From Acidobacteriota bacterium (GTDB lineage: Bacteria; Acidobacteriota; UBA4820; DSQY01): 64,000 nucleotides of DNA. This document shows positions 10,905 to 21,476 of this stretch, piece by piece. The notes under the pieces are model-generated. The model was not told where the DNA came from. It worked only from the letters and a program-made list of their open reading frames with translations, and made no database searches. A program made the translations under genes and the position numbers. The stretch lies in assembly GCA_049967655.1 (NCBI GenBank), contig JBMFSH010000004.1:78521-142520 (forward strand), in the 5' to 3' direction. Position 1 is the stretch's first letter. Each line of letters opens with the position of its first letter.

Positions 10905-13900
10905 GCCTCCCCCGAAGGGCGCACCGCCTCCAGCAGGGAACCCAGGAGCCGGATCGAACTCTCGCCCTCCACCAGCCCCATCTCCAGGCTTCCGGCCGGA
11001 TTCAGGTGGACTCCCGGGCGACGGGAGAGGAAGCGCACCAGGCGCGCGGGATCCCAGGGGACCGAGGGATCGAAGCTGATGGCGAGAGCCCCCTTTCTCG
11101 CCGCCACACTGCGGATCCGCAGCCGTTCGGCGCGCAGGCGCAGCCGAACAGCCTCCAGCATGGCGAGCACCTTGTCCGGTGCCGGTCCGAAGCGATCTTG
11201 CAGCTCTTCCGCTACCCGGTCTACCTCGGCCTCCGTGGCGGCCAGCGACAGCTTCCTGTAAAACTCGAGCCGCTGGTGCATCTCTTCCATATACTCCACG
11301 GGCACGGCCAAATCCAGCCCCAGGTTCAATTCGCACCGGACCACCGGGGCGACCGCCTCACCCTTGGCCTCGGACACAGCCTCTTCGAGCATCCTGAGGT
11401 AGAGCTCAAAACCCACCGAGGCCATGTGGCCGGACTGCTCGGCGCCCAGGAGGTTGCCCGCCCCCCTCAGTTCCAGATCCACGGCCGCCACGCGGAAGCC
11501 GGCCCCCAGCTCCGAGAACTCCCGCAGGGTCTCGAGGCGGCGCTCGGCGTCGCCCTTCAGGGCGAGGCCCGGCGGGGTGAACAGGTAGGCGTAGGCGGGC
11601 ACGTCGCTCCGGCCGATCCTCCCCCTCAGCTGGTAGAGCTGCGTGAGGCCCATGGCGTGGGCGTTCTCCACCAAGAGGGTGTTGGCCCTGGGCAGGTCCA
11701 CCCCGTTCTCGATGATGGTCGTCGAGACGAGCACGTCGTATTGACCGTGAAAGAAGGCGATCATCACCTCCTCCAGGGCCCTCTCTCCCATCTGGCCGTG
11801 GGCCACGGTGACCCTGGCCTCCGGGACCCACTCCTGGATCTTCCTGGCGGCGCCCGCGATGGTCTCCACCTTGTTGTGCACGAAGTAGACCTGGCCGCCC
11901 CGCGCCAACTCCCTGCGGATGGCGGCCTTGACGAGTTCGGGGGCGAAGGGCTGAACGGAGGTCTGGATGCTGAGGCGGTCCTTGGGCGGCGTCTGGATGA
12001 GGGACATGTCGAGGATCCCCGAGAGACCCATCTGGAGCGTCCTCGGAATGGGCGTGGCGGTGAGGGTGAGGACGTCCACCTTGGTCTTGAGCTGCTTGAT
12101 CTTCTCCTTGTGGGTCACGCCGAAGCGCTGCTCCTCGTCCACCACCAGGAGGCCGAGCCGGGGCATAACCACGTCCTTGGAGAGGATCCGGTGGGTTCCG
12201 ATGAGCACGTCGATCTCCCCCGCCGAGGCGGCGGCGGCCACCCGCTTCTGGTCCCTGGCTTGGACGAACCTTGAGAGCATGGCTACGCGGACAGGAAAGG
12301 GGGCGAACCGCTCACCGAAGCGCTCCATGTGCTGCAGCGCCAGGACGGTGGTGGGGCAGAGCACGGCCACCTGCAAGCCGTCGGCCACGGCCTTGAAGGC
12401 CGCCCGCAGGGCCACCTCCGTCTTGCCGAAGCCCACGTCCCCGCAAACGAGTCGATCCATGGGCTTCACCGACTCCATGTCGGCCTTCACCTCCTCCACC
12501 GCTCTCGCCTGGTCCGGTGTGAGCTCGAAGGGGAACTGCGCCTCGAATTCGGCCTGCCACTCGCCGTCCGGCCCGAACCGGTGCCCCTCCACCGTCTTCC
12601 TCTGCGCGTAGAGCTTCAGGAGGTCGCCGGCGATCTCCTTGACCGCCCGTCGCACCTTGTCCTTGGTCTTTTTCCAGGCGGTGCCCCCGAGACGGTCCAG
12701 GGGCGGGACGTAGCCCTCCGGCCCGGCGTACTTCTGGACGAGATCCATCCGCTGGACAGGCACGAGCAGCCGGCTGTCCCCCTGGTAGGTCAGCACCAGG
12801 TAGTCCTCCCGAAGCCCCTCCCGGACCAGCGTCTCGATGCCCTGGTAAAGCCCGACCCCATGTTCCAGGTGAACCACCGGGTCGCCGGCCTTGAGGTCCC
12901 TGAGCCCCGTGAAGAAGGCCTCGCGGCGCTGGACGCGCGCCTCCGGGAGCGCCCCTCCGCGCCCGAAGATCTCCTTCTCCGTGACCGTCATCCAGAGAAG
13001 GCTTGGGAAGATCACCCCCTCCTCGGCGGGAGCCAGGGCGCCGTAGAAGCCGGGCGGCAGCTCGCCGCCCGCCGGCGCCTCTCTGAGGAGCGGCAGATCC
13101 TCGGCCAGCGCCATCTCGGCCAGCCGGTCCAGGGTGCCCTGCCCTTGGAGTAGGGCCAGGCAGCGGTACCCTTGCGCCACGCGATCCTTGATGTGGGTCA
13201 GGAGGCGGTAGGGTTCGCCGGGGTACACGGGGGCGCGCTCCGTGGGCACTCCCTCCCCCGCTCCGCCTGAAAAGCGGACGGTTCGAGGATCTTGGAGCAG
13301 GGCTTCCAGCTCCCCGAGGCCCATGAACAGACGCTCCGGGTCGAGGAAGGGGGGTCTGCGCCTGGCCTCGAAACCGGACCTCCAGCCCTCGAGGGCGCTC
13401 TTGGCCTGGTCCAGGACTTGGGGCGGGTCCCAGAAGGCCCACTGGGCGGAGGAGAGGAACTCCTTCAGGGTGCCGAAGAACTCGCGGTCCTGGCGCACCT
13501 CCACGGCGAGCGACGGATAGGTCCCCACGCTGGAGAGCCCCTCCAGCCGCAGGGCCCCGAATTCTCCGGTTCCGGCGAGCCGGGACCTCATGTTCTCCAA
13601 CAGGGCGTCGTCGCGAACGGCCTCGGAGAGCGGTGGCACGAGGAGGGGCCGGCCCACGGCCCCCAGGGAGTGCTGCGAGGCGGGATCGAAGAAGCGCAGG
13701 GAATCCACCTCGTCGCCGAAGAGTTCAAGGCGCACGGGGAGGTTCTCCAGGGGAGGGAAGAGGTCCACGATGCCCCCGCGGAAGGCGGCCTCGCCCGGCT
13801 CGCCCACCTGGTCCACCTGCCGATAGCCCAGGCGCCACAGGGCGGTGCGGAACTCCCGCCGGTCCAGGGCCTGCTCCTCCTCGATCGTGATCAGGCAGCT

Positions 13901-14287
13901 CCTCCACCAGCCGGGCCTGGGCACCCTGTAGAGGAGGCTCTCCGCCGTGGCGAGCAGGGAAGGGCGGGCGGAGGCGGCGAGGAGGGACAGGGCGGTGGCC
14001 CGCTGGGCAAGGATTCCGGGGTGGCCCGGCAATCCCTCGTAGGGGTCCGCGTCCGGGGCGGGCAGCCAGAGGGGGGCCCTCCCCTCACCCAGCAGGGCGC
14101 GCAGGAACCCGTGGAGCTTCAGGCCCACGGCCTGGGAGGGAACCACGATGGCGACGGCGACGTCCCGCTCCCCGAGTAGCGCCGCCAAGGCGTAGGACCG
14201 GCCCGCTCCGCCCACGGAGGCCAGTCCCTGCGCACCGCCCAGCCGACCTCCGAGCTCGGCCAGGAAGGCCCTGACCAGGGGCGTCAC
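10895..14287 (-). CDS. mfd: Transcription-repair coupling factor
   Basis: RGGIVD, CarD-like [51 protein letters not shown]-terminus. GTG start at 14287 overlaps the upstream stop. Confidence 0.95.
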   Translation of the reverse strand: MTPLVRAFLAELGGRLGGAQGLASVGGAGRSYALAALLGERDVAVAIVVPSQAVGLKLHGFLRALLGEGRAPLWLPAPDADPYEGLPGHPGILAQRATALSLLAASARPSLLATAESLLYRVPRPGWWRSCLITIEEEQALDRREFRTALWRLGYRQVDQVGEPGEAAFRGGIVDLFPPLENLPVRLELFGDEVDSLRFFDPASQHSLGAVGRPLLVPPLSEAVRDDALLENMRSRLAGTGEFGALRLEGLSSVGTYPSLAVEVRQDREFFGTLKEFLSSAQWAFWDPPQVLDQAKSALEGWRSGFEARRRPPFLDPERLFMGLGELEALLQDPRTVRFSGGAGEGVPTERAPVYPGEPYRLLTHIKDRVAQGYRCLALLQGQGTLDRLAEMALAEDLPLLREAPAGGELPPGFYGALAPAEEGVIFPSLLWMTVTEKEIFGRGGALPEARVQRREAFFTGLRDLKAGDPVVHLEHGVGLYQGIETLVREGLREDYLVLTYQGDSRLLVPVQRMDLVQKYAGPEGYVPPLDRLGGTAWKKTKDKVRRAVKEIAGDLLKLYAQRKTVEGHRFGPDGEWQAEFEAQFPFELTPDQARAVEEVKADMESVKPMDRLVCGDVGFGKTEVALRAAFKAVADGLQVAVLCPTTVLALQHMERFGERFAPFPVRVAMLSRFVQARDQKRVAAAASAGEIDVLIGTHRILSKDVVMPRLGLLVVDEEQRFGVTHKEKIKQLKTKVDVLTLTATPIPRTLQMGLSGILDMSLIQTPPKDRLSIQTSVQPFAPELVKAAIRRELARGGQVYFVHNKVETIAGAARKIQEWVPEARVTVAHGQMGERALEEVMIAFFHGQYDVLVSTTIIENGVDLPRANTLLVENAHAMGLTQLYQLRGRIGRSDVPAYAYLFTPPGLALKGDAERRLETLREFSELGAGFRVAAVDLELRGAGNLLGAEQSGHMASVGFELYLRMLEEAVSEAKGEAVAPVVRCELNLGLDLAVPVEYMEEMHQRLEFYRKLSLAATEAEVDRVAEELQDRFGPAPDKVLAMLEAVRLRLRAERLRIRSVAARKGALAISFDPSVPWDPARLVRFLSRRPGVHLNPAGSLEMGLVEGESSIRLLGSLLEAVRPSGEAWG

Positions 14288-14766
14288 GGCCGCGCGCCTC
14301 CCAGCCGGGCCAGAAGGGCGGTCGTGGACCGGCCCTCCACGACCGGAATGGTGAGGACGCGACCGCCGTGGGCCAGGACGTGATCCCGTCCCACGATGGC
14401 CTCCGGGGCCCAATCGCCGCCCTTCACCAGCAGGTCCGGCGTGAGGAGCTCAATGAGCCGGAGGGGCGTCTCCTCCGCGAAGAGGCAGACGGCGTTCACG
14501 GCATCGAGCGCGGCGAGGAGCTCCGCCCGCTCCGCCTCGGGCGTGACGGGCCGCCCCTCGCCCTTCAGCCGCCGCACCGATGAGTCGCTGTTGAGTCCCA
14601 CCACCAGGCGGTCTCCGAGCCCTCGGGCCGCGTTCAGGTAGCGCACGTGCCCCGCGTGCAAGAGATCGAAACAGCCGTTGGTGAAGACCACGGTCTGCCC
14701 GTCCCGCCGCCAGCGGCGCCGGCGGCTCAGCAGCTCCTCGAGATCGAGCACCCTCCCCGCGATCAT
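14284..14766 (-). CDS. rfaE2: D-glycero-beta-D-manno-heptose 1-phosphate adenylyltransferase (RfaE domain II)
   Basis: [36 protein letters not shown]. Confidence 0.9.
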   Translation of the reverse strand: MIAGRVLDLEELLSRRRRWRRDGQTVVFTNGCFDLLHAGHVRYLNAARGLGDRLVVGLNSDSSVRRLKGEGRPVTPEAERAELLAALDAVNAVCLFAEETPLRLIELLTPDLLVKGGDWAPEAIVGRDHVLAHGGRVLTIPVVEGRSTTALLARLGGARP

Positions 14767-15956
14767 TTCCCGAACCTCAGCTCGTCGACCCGGCGCTGCA
14801 TGGGCGGCAGCACCTGGTCCAGCACCGATTTCAGGGGCACCGCACGCCCCCCCTCGGCCACGCAGGCCTCATAGGTCTGGATGACGTCTCCCCTGGCGTC
14901 GAAGCTCATCGAACCCGAGGCCCCCTGGAAGTCCTTCACGGAGAGCAGCCCCTTGCGGACGTCCTGGGCCGAGAGGCCATCCCTGGCCATCACCGAAACC
15001 AGGACCATGACGGCATCGTAGGCGTGGGCGGCATAGATGTCGGGCACATCGTGATAGCGCCCCTCGTAGGAAGAGACGAAAACCTGCACCGCAGGGGACG
15101 ACGCGTCGGGGTCGTAGGTCGGCCCCAGGAAGACCACCCCATCCAGTAGGCGGCCGGCCTTGGCCATGAGGTGCCGCTCCGCCAGGGCGCTGACGGAGAG
15201 CATGGGGCGATCGACCCCCTCCCTCTTCAGGCCCGCGATTAGCGGCAGCAGGTCCGGGCCGTACCCCACTAGGTAAAGGACCTGAGCCCCGCGAGATCTC
15301 TCCAGGGCGCTCTTCAGAAAGGGCTCGCTCCCCGCCTCGCCGGCGTTGAAGTCGAGCCGATCGACGCTCCTTCCCTCCGTGGAGAAGCGCTTTTCAAAGG
15401 CCGAGGCGAGGCCGTCTGCGTAGGCATTTCGCTCTGCCAGCAAGAGCACGCGGTTGGCGTGGAGGGTGTAGGCCGCCAGGTCCGCGGTCGCTCTTCCCTC
15501 CAGGGCGTCCGAGGGCCAGTTTCGAAACACGAAGTCTCCAGCCTCCGAGAGCCTGGGGCTGCTCGCGGAGGGCGAGAAGAGGACCCGCTGGTACTGCTCG
15601 GCCAGTGGCGCCATGGCCAGAGCCTCGTCGCTGCTGCCTCCGCCCACCACCACCGCCACCTTCTCATCAAGAATCAAACTCCGGAAGGCCTCCACGGCCC
15701 GCCCGGGATCGGAGGCGGAGTCGCGGATGAGGACCTCCAGCCGACGGCCCTCGATCCCGCCTTCGCGGTTCACCTGGTCCGTAGCCGTGAGGACCCCGCG
15801 CTCGAGGCTTTGACCATAGGCGGCCAGGCTGCCGGTCAGGGGCAGCACGGCCCCCATACGGACGGGCCTGGGGCCGCAGCCGAACAAGAGGAGGAGTGCT
15901 CCCAGGCCCGACAGCGTCCGACAACCACCTGGAAAGAGAGTAACGAGGTTCCGCAC
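14763..15956 (-). CDS. LivJ/LivK-like periplasmic binding lipoprotein
   Basis: LFGC lipobox, [27 protein letters not shown]...FD..GD. No cognate permease in the window. Confidence 0.8.
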   Translation of the reverse strand: MRNLVTLFPGGCRTLSGLGALLLLFGCGPRPVRMGAVLPLTGSLAAYGQSLERGVLTATDQVNREGGIEGRRLEVLIRDSASDPGRAVEAFRSLILDEKVAVVVGGGSSDEALAMAPLAEQYQRVLFSPSASSPRLSEAGDFVFRNWPSDALEGRATADLAAYTLHANRVLLLAERNAYADGLASAFEKRFSTEGRSVDRLDFNAGEAGSEPFLKSALERSRGAQVLYLVGYGPDLLPLIAGLKREGVDRPMLSVSALAERHLMAKAGRLLDGVVFLGPTYDPDASSPAVQVFVSSYEGRYHDVPDIYAAHAYDAVMVLVSVMARDGLSAQDVRKGLLSVKDFQGASGSMSFDARGDVIQTYEACVAEGGRAVPLKSVLDQVLPPMQRRVDELRFGK

Positions 15957-16223
15957 GCATGCCCTCCCGGGAGGTCCACTCTAGCCACCCGGGCCATTCC
16001 GGTCAAGGACAGGAGCCCGCCCAGCGTTCGGGCATCGCCCGGGGCGTGCTATCATCTGGCGTCAAAGGGAGGAGGAGCATCCATACGCGCTCCATGGCTT
16101 GCGGCGGCGGCCTTGGGATTCGCCGCTATAGGAAAGGGCCTAGTACATTAGGGACTTAGCGGGTACGGCGACTCACGGGCTCCCTTAATCACTGTTTCGT
16201 TCTTTCTCTGTCTCCATCTCCGC

Positions 16224-16982
16224 CTATCCCCTCGGCATTGGCAGGAGCGCCCCGCCCGAGCAGCAGAGATCCACGCCGGTGAGATGGCGGCTCGCCTCGC
16301 TCGCCAGGAACAGCACCGCCGAGGCCACGTCCTCCGCCTCCGCCACGCGGCGCAGCGGCACCGCGGCCACGATGCGATCCTCGCGCTCGGCCAGGGCCGC
16401 TTCGCTCATGGGGGTCCGGACCCATCCCGGAGAGACCAGGTTCACGCGGATACGGGGTGACAACTCCTGCGCGATGGAGGAGACGAGCGATTGGACCGCC
16501 CCCTTGCTCCCGGCGTAGTGGCTGTGCCCCGGCTCGCCGCGCTGGCCCGCCGTGGAGCCGATGAAGATCAGGCTGCCGTGCCCCATCCGGCGCGCCGCTT
16601 CGCGGGCCAGGTAGTACGAGGAGAAGGTGTTGGTCCGGAAGGTGGTCTCCAGGGTCGTTCGGTCCATCTCCAGAATGGGCCCGTCGGTCCAAATGCCTGC
16701 CGAGTGCACCAGCACGTCGAGGCCCCCGAGCACCGCCTGGGCGGCCTCGCACAGGCCCACGCACCCCTCCTCCGAGGCCAGGTCGGCCCGGAGGGCGTAG
16801 GCCCGGCCCGCAGAGGCCTGAACGAGCCCGAGCAGCGGCGCCTCCTGGTTGTGGAACTGGGCCGCCACTCGGGCCCCCTGGCCAAGGAAGGCCTCCGCGC
16901 AGGCCAGGCCGATCCCCGAAGAGGCTCCGGTGATCAAGACCCGCTGGCCTTCGATATCCCCGTAGTGCACGTTTACTGTCAT
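16224..16982 (-). CDS. Short-chain dehydrogenase/reductase (FabG-like)
   Basis: TGASSGIG, YAGSK, IRVN.VSPGWV.T. Confidence 0.9.
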   Translation of the reverse strand: MTVNVHYGDIEGQRVLITGASSGIGLACAEAFLGQGARVAAQFHNQEAPLLGLVQASAGRAYALRADLASEEGCVGLCEAAQAVLGGLDVLVHSAGIWTDGPILEMDRTTLETTFRTNTFSSYYLAREAARRMGHGSLIFIGSTAGQRGEPGHSHYAGSKGAVQSLVSSIAQELSPRIRVNLVSPGWVRTPMSEAALAEREDRIVAAVPLRRVAEAEDVASAVLFLASEASRHLTGVDLCCSGGALLPMPRG

Positions 16983-17008
16983 ATGACATCCTCCTCGGCC
17001 ATCGGCCC

Positions 17009-17770
17009 TTACAGGTCCAATTCCAGCCCGTCGAACGCCGGCTCCGTTCCCTTCGGAAGCGACGCGGCCAGCTCCTCGTGCTCCAGCTCGTGGCCCATGT
17101 GGATCAGATAGGTCCGGCGCGGCCCGATCTCCTCCGCCGCCGTCAGGGCCTCCGCCACCGTCATGTGGGTGGGATGGTCGGGATGCCTACGCAGGGCGTT
17201 GATCACGAGCGTGTCCACGCCGCGCAGCGCCTCCACCGCCTCCCGAGGAATCCGCTTGCAGTCCGTGAGGTAGGCGAAGCCGTCGATTCGGTAGCCCGTC
17301 ACGGGCATGCTGCCGTGGTCCGCCTCCACGGGGATGACGGTGAGGCCCGGAAGGTGCAAGGGACTTTCGAGCGGCCTCAGCTCCAGCCTTGGAACGCCCC
17401 CCCCCTTGGGCACCGGCTCGAAGGCGTACCAGAAGGTCCGCCTGACGCCCTCCAGGGTGGTCGGGCTTCCGTAGACGGGAAGGAAACTCTTCTGCCAGTA
17501 GGCATAGGGGCGGGTGTCGTCGAGGCCCAGAATGTGGTCAGCGTGGGCATGGGTGAGCAGGATGGCGTCGAGGCGCCGGATGCCGGAGCGAAGGGCCTGC
17601 TGCCGGAAATCCACGGCGGCGTCAATGAGCACCGAGAGCTCCCCCTGGCGAATCCAGATGGACTGCCGGAGCCTGTGGTTTCTGGGATCTCTCGACGCGC
17701 AGACGGGGCAGCGGCATCCCGCGACGGGCACCCCGACCGACGTTCCGGTACCGAGGAAGGTGACCTTCAT
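17009..17770 (-). CDS. MBL-fold metallo-hydrolase (PhnP-like)
   Basis: FLGTGTS.GVP..GC.C.VC, THAHADH, YLTD, H.T...A, HMGH. Confidence 0.88.
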   Translation of the reverse strand: MKVTFLGTGTSVGVPVAGCRCPVCASRDPRNHRLRQSIWIRQGELSVLIDAAVDFRQQALRSGIRRLDAILLTHAHADHILGLDDTRPYAYWQKSFLPVYGSPTTLEGVRRTFWYAFEPVPKGGGVPRLELRPLESPLHLPGLTVIPVEADHGSMPVTGYRIDGFAYLTDCKRIPREAVEALRGVDTLVINALRRHPDHPTHMTVAEALTAAEEIGPRRTYLIHMGHELEHEELAASLPKGTEPAFDGLELDL

Positions 17771-17841
17771 CCGGCCTCCAGGGCGGGATGGTACCACGCC
17801 CCACGGGGATCGCCCAAGAGGTAAGAGAGAACCTCTGTCAC

Positions 17842-17870
17842 TTGACATCTGACCGTCCAGGGGCTAACCT
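17842..17870 (+). promoter_or_regulatory. sigma-70-type promoter, probably giving a leaderless mRNA
   Basis: TTGACA-17 nt-TAACCT, with the ATG 7 nt after the -10 box and no RBS. Confidence 0.55.
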
Positions 17871-17877
17871 TGGCTCC

Positions 17878-18600
17878 ATGGAGAATGACCTCCTCTCCCT
17901 GTTCGAACGTGGACGCTGTGTCCTGGCGCGTGCCGACTATGGCTACGAGGTGGCGACTCCCGCCGGATGGTCCGAAGCCGACCTGGAAAGGACGGCCCTT
18001 CAAGCGGCGGTGGCCAAAGCATCGGCGGGCAAGGGCCTGCTGGTGAGGAACTCGGGGCTGTTGCTGGGCTGGAGCAAGACCCGTTCCGCCCACGAGCTGT
18101 GGGGCTCCCTGCGGGCTCTCGCCCGTCGCGGTCCCCTCCTCCTGCTGTGCAGGTTCCCCCGGCACGCCAAGGAGCTTCTCTCCCGGCTCAAGACGGCCGG
18201 TGTTCCTCCCGCTCTCTGGGAGACCCCGGCATCCGGAGCCGTTCCTCCGCTCTACCGCCGCCTGCCGCCGGGCTCCGAGCTCAGGCGCCTTCACCTGAGC
18301 TACGAGTGGGCCACCGGTCTGGCGGCGGCCCGGGGAGGAGTGGCCCTGCGGCGCGTGGCCTTTCTGGTAGCGGAGGCTGGACCGATGACGGTGCCCTCGT
18401 TGGCCAAGTCCCTGGGGATCACGACCGGGGCTGCCCGCTCCTACGCCCGCTGGATGGAGGAAGCGGCCCTCGTCAGGCGCTCGGGCAGCGCCCTGCACCT
18501 CCGACACCCTCTGCTCGCCGAACTCTTTCAGGAACCTGCACCCGCAGAGGCCAAGCCTGCGCCGAAGGAAAGGGCGTGGGACCCCATCGAGTTGGACTGA
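17878..18600 (+). CDS. Hypothetical protein with C-terminal winged-HTH
   Basis: GPMTVPSLAKSLGITTGAARSYARWMEEAALVRR is wHTH-like. Own promoter upstream. Confidence 0.6.
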   Translation: MENDLLSLFERGRCVLARADYGYEVATPAGWSEADLERTALQAAVAKASAGKGLLVRNSGLLLGWSKTRSAHELWGSLRALARRGPLLLLCRFPRHAKELLSRLKTAGVPPALWETPASGAVPPLYRRLPPGSELRRLHLSYEWATGLAAARGGVALRRVAFLVAEAGPMTVPSLAKSLGITTGAARSYARWMEEAALVRRSGSALHLRHPLLAELFQEPAPAEAKPAPKERAWDPIELD

Positions 18601-18694
18601 TGGCTCACTGCCTCTCCATACCGTTGGGTGCCGAGGTGACCTTCCACGTGGGTCCCCTTCTGCTTCCAGGAAGCACCTATTGTGCAATAACTCA

Positions 18695-18723
18695 TTGACC
18701 TGCAAAGGATTTTTCGATAGGAT
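18695..18723 (+). promoter_or_regulatory. sigma-70-type promoter of thpR-plsY-gpsA
   Basis: TTGACC-17 nt-TAGGAT. Confidence 0.5.
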
Positions 18724-18740
18724 CGGATGGGGCGAAGGCG

Positions 18741-19307
18741 ATGAGAGCATTTTGTGCGCTGGACATCCCGGAAGTGGCCAAGGGGAGGCTCACCGAATGG
18801 ATCGCGGGGCTACGCCCGCTGGCCCGAGGCGTGAAGTGGGTCTCGCCGCAGGCCATGCACCTCACCCTGCACTTCTTCGACGACCTGCCCGAGGAGAAGC
18901 TCGCCGCCGTCTCCGGCGCCTTGGGTGAAACGACGGGCCTGGCGAAACCCTTCACCTTCGCCCTCCGGGGGCTGGGCTCCTTCGGTCAGGCGGGCAAGAT
19001 CCGCGTCCTCTGGTGCGGCGTGGAGGAGCCGTCCGGCGCTCTGGCCGAACTGCACCGGTCCGTGGAGAGCTCCCTGGCGGCGATGGGCTTCCCCGGCGAG
19101 TCCAGACCTTTTCATCCCCATCTCACCCTGGGGCGCCTCAGGGTGCCCTCATTCGAGCCGCGGCTCTCGGAGGAGCTGAGGCGATCGGCGGACAGCTCCG
19201 CCGGGGAGGTGGCGGTCCGGGAGGCGACCCTCTACCAGAGCACGCTCACCCCGGCCGGACCCGTCTACCGGGTCCTCGGCCGCTTTCCCCTGGGAGGCAC
19301 GCCTTGA
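18741..19307 (+). CDS. thpR: RNA 2',3'-cyclic phosphodiesterase (2H family)
   Basis: Two HLTL motifs and C-terminal STLTP.GPVY. Confidence 0.9.
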   Translation: MRAFCALDIPEVAKGRLTEWIAGLRPLARGVKWVSPQAMHLTLHFFDDLPEEKLAAVSGALGETTGLAKPFTFALRGLGSFGQAGKIRVLWCGVEEPSGALAELHRSVESSLAAMGFPGESRPFHPHLTLGRLRVPSFEPRLSEELRRSADSSAGEVAVREATLYQSTLTPAGPVYRVLGRFPLGGTP

Positions 19308-19930
19308 GCTTCCGAGATCTCCTGCTGGTCCTCCTCGCTTACTGCCTGGGTTCCATGCCTTTCGCGTACGTCATCACCCGCTGGCGGACGGGGCGCGACA
19401 TCCGGGAGATGGGCTCCGGCAACGCGGGAGCCACCAACGTGCTGCGCACGCAGGGCAAGCTCCTCGGCTTACTCACGCTCCTCCTGGACGCTGGAAAGGC
19501 CGCCCTCTCCGTCTGGTTCTGCCGGAAGTGGGGGAGCGCCGAGTGGATGGGCGCGGCGGGGGGGGCGGCGGCGGTGGTGGGCCACTGCTTTCCCTTCTCG
19601 CTCCAGTTCCGGGGCGGCAAGGGCGTGGCCTCCGGCCTGGGGGCCTTCCTCTTCATCGCCCCCCTGCCCACCTTGCTGGCCCTGGCCGTCTTTCTTCTGG
19701 AGATCCTGACGATGCGCTTCGTCTCCCTCGGGTCCATCTTGGGGTCGCTCACCTTCGGGTTCTCCCTCCTGGCCCTCCACCTCATCAAGGGGTGGTACAG
19801 CCTGCCCACGGCCCTCCTGGGGCTGGGCACCGCACTCCTCCTGGTGGCCAGGCACCACCGCAACATCCGAAACCTGATGAAGGGCAGCGAATCCACCCTG
19901 TGGGGCAAGGGCAAGGAGAAGAGACCTTGA
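19304..19930 (+). CDS. plsY: Glycerol-3-phosphate acyltransferase PlsY
   Basis: YCLGS.P, DIR..GSGN.GATNV.R, GH.F, FRGGKGVA, H..NI. TTG start overlaps the thpR stop. Confidence 0.92.
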   Translation: MSFRDLLLVLLAYCLGSMPFAYVITRWRTGRDIREMGSGNAGATNVLRTQGKLLGLLTLLLDAGKAALSVWFCRKWGSAEWMGAAGGAAAVVGHCFPFSLQFRGGKGVASGLGAFLFIAPLPTLLALAVFLLEILTMRFVSLGSILGSLTFGFSLLALHLIKGWYSLPTALLGLGTALLLVARHHRNIRNLMKGSESTLWGKGKEKRP

Positions 19931-20934
19931 GGGCCGGCCGCATCGTCGTGTGGGGCGCGGGCGCCTGGGGCACCGCCCTGGCCATCCACCTGGCCTCCCT
20001 CTGCGAGGAGGTGGCTCTCTGGGTGTACGAGGAGGAGCAGTTCGAGCGGATGCTCTCCTCCGGCGAGAATGTGGACTTTCTGCCGGGGCATCCTCTGCCC
20101 GCCAACCTTCATCTCTTTCATGAGACCACCAGCGTTCCCTGGCCCGCCCAGACCTGGCTCTCCGTCGCCCCGGCCCAGGCCACGCGCGCTCTCTGGAGAA
20201 GCATCGGCCCTCTCTGCCCACCCGGTGCCCTCGTGATCTCCGCTTCCAAGGGGATCGAGCAGAAGAGCCTCCTACCGGTCAGCGCCCTGATCGAAGAACT
20301 CCTCCCCGAATCCTGCAAGCCGGTGGTGGTGCTCTCCGGCCCCTCCTTCGCCGCGGGCCTGGCCGCGGGACACCCGACCGCCGTAGTGCTCGCCTCACCC
20401 GATGCGGACCGGGCCGAGGCCGCGCAGCGCCTGGTCTCGCGGCCGCCCCTGAGGGGATACGCCAGCACCGATCGCACCGGCGTGGAGCTGGGGGGCGCCC
20501 TCAAGAACGTCATCGCCTTGGCCTGCGGCATAGCGGTCGGGCTGGGGTTCGGACCCAACACGATCGCCGCCCTGATCACCCGGGGACAGCGCGAGATCAC
20601 CCGCCTGGGCACGGCCATGGGAGCCGACCCCCAGACCTTCTCGGGGCTGTCGGGGGTGGGCGACCTGGTCCTCACGTGCACGGGTGCCGAGAGCCGCAAC
20701 CGCACCGTGGGAGTGCGCCTGGGGCGGGGAGAGCCCCTGGACGCTATCTTGAAGTCCATGAAGACGGTGGCCGAGGGTGTTCCCACCACCCGGTCGGCGG
20801 CCGATCTCGCGCGCAGCAGGTCCGTGGAGATGCCCATCACCTTCGCCGTGGAGCAGATCCTGTTCGAGGGCTTGGCTCCGGCTAGGGCGCTCGCGGAGCT
20901 TCTGGCCCGGGGCCTCAAACACGAAATGGCCTGA
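19927..20934 (+). CDS. gpsA: NAD(P)H-dependent glycerol-3-phosphate dehydrogenase
   Basis: GAGAWGTALA, SKGIE, LSGPSFA, GGALKNVIA, GDLVLTC..SRN, AEGV. Confidence 0.93.
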   Translation: MRAGRIVVWGAGAWGTALAIHLASLCEEVALWVYEEEQFERMLSSGENVDFLPGHPLPANLHLFHETTSVPWPAQTWLSVAPAQATRALWRSIGPLCPPGALVISASKGIEQKSLLPVSALIEELLPESCKPVVVLSGPSFAAGLAAGHPTAVVLASPDADRAEAAQRLVSRPPLRGYASTDRTGVELGGALKNVIALACGIAVGLGFGPNTIAALITRGQREITRLGTAMGADPQTFSGLSGVGDLVLTCTGAESRNRTVGVRLGRGEPLDAILKSMKTVAEGVPTTRSAADLARSRSVEMPITFAVEQILFEGLAPARALAELLARGLKHEMA

Positions 20935-20968
20935 AGGCAGGCAACCGCGACACAACCGCACCACCAAT

Positions 20969-20997
20969 TTGACAGGATGGGGAGGGTTTGATAGGCT
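20969..20997 (+). promoter_or_regulatory. sigma-70-type promoter
   Basis: TTGACA-17 nt-TAGGCT upstream of the small lipoprotein gene. Confidence 0.55.
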
Positions 20998-21059
20998 CTT
21001 TGGGGAATCGGAAACCGTAGAGTTACGGAAGGGTCACCTTTCACTGTGGAGGAAAGCGT

Positions 21060-21332
21060 ATGAAGACCGCAAGCAAGATTCTCATGGGCCTGATGCTGGT
21101 TCTGAGCCTCGCCGCCTTCGTCTCTTGCCAGAAGACCGAAGCCCCGGCCGAGGCGCCCGCCCCCGCCGAGCAGCCCGCGCCCGCGCCGGCTCCCGAGGCC
21201 ACCGCACCGGCCAATACGGCCGAGCAGCCCCAGGCCGCTCAGCCCGCGACCACCGAGCAGAAGCCTGAGGCCGCTCAGCCCGCCCCCGCCGAGCAGAAGC
21301 CTAAGGCTCCCCAGCCGGCCGCCGCCAAGTAG
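21060..21332 (+). CDS. Small Ala/Pro/Glu/Gln-rich low-complexity lipoprotein
   Basis: Signal peptide ending FVSC, repeats AEQP/EQKP..AQPA, GGAGG RBS, own promoter and terminator. Confidence 0.75.
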   Translation: MKTASKILMGLMLVLSLAAFVSCQKTEAPAEAPAPAEQPAPAPAPEATAPANTAEQPQAAQPATTEQKPEAAQPAPAEQKPKAPQPAAAK

Positions 21333-21353
21333 GGGCCGCGAAAACTCTTATTG

Positions 21354-21398
21354 GAAGAGGGGGAGCCGCCATGGGCGCTCCCCCTCTTCGTTTTGTTT
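21354..21398 (+). terminator. Rho-independent terminator
   Basis: GAAGAGGGGGAGC / GCTCCCCCTCTTC 13-bp stem followed by GTTTTGTTT. Confidence 0.8.
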
Positions 21399-21476
21399 GG
21401 GCCGCCATGGAAGGCGAGTTCCCAGTGGAGGGTGGAGCAACGATCCCGCCGCGGTTCTACCTGTCTGCGCACCGAG

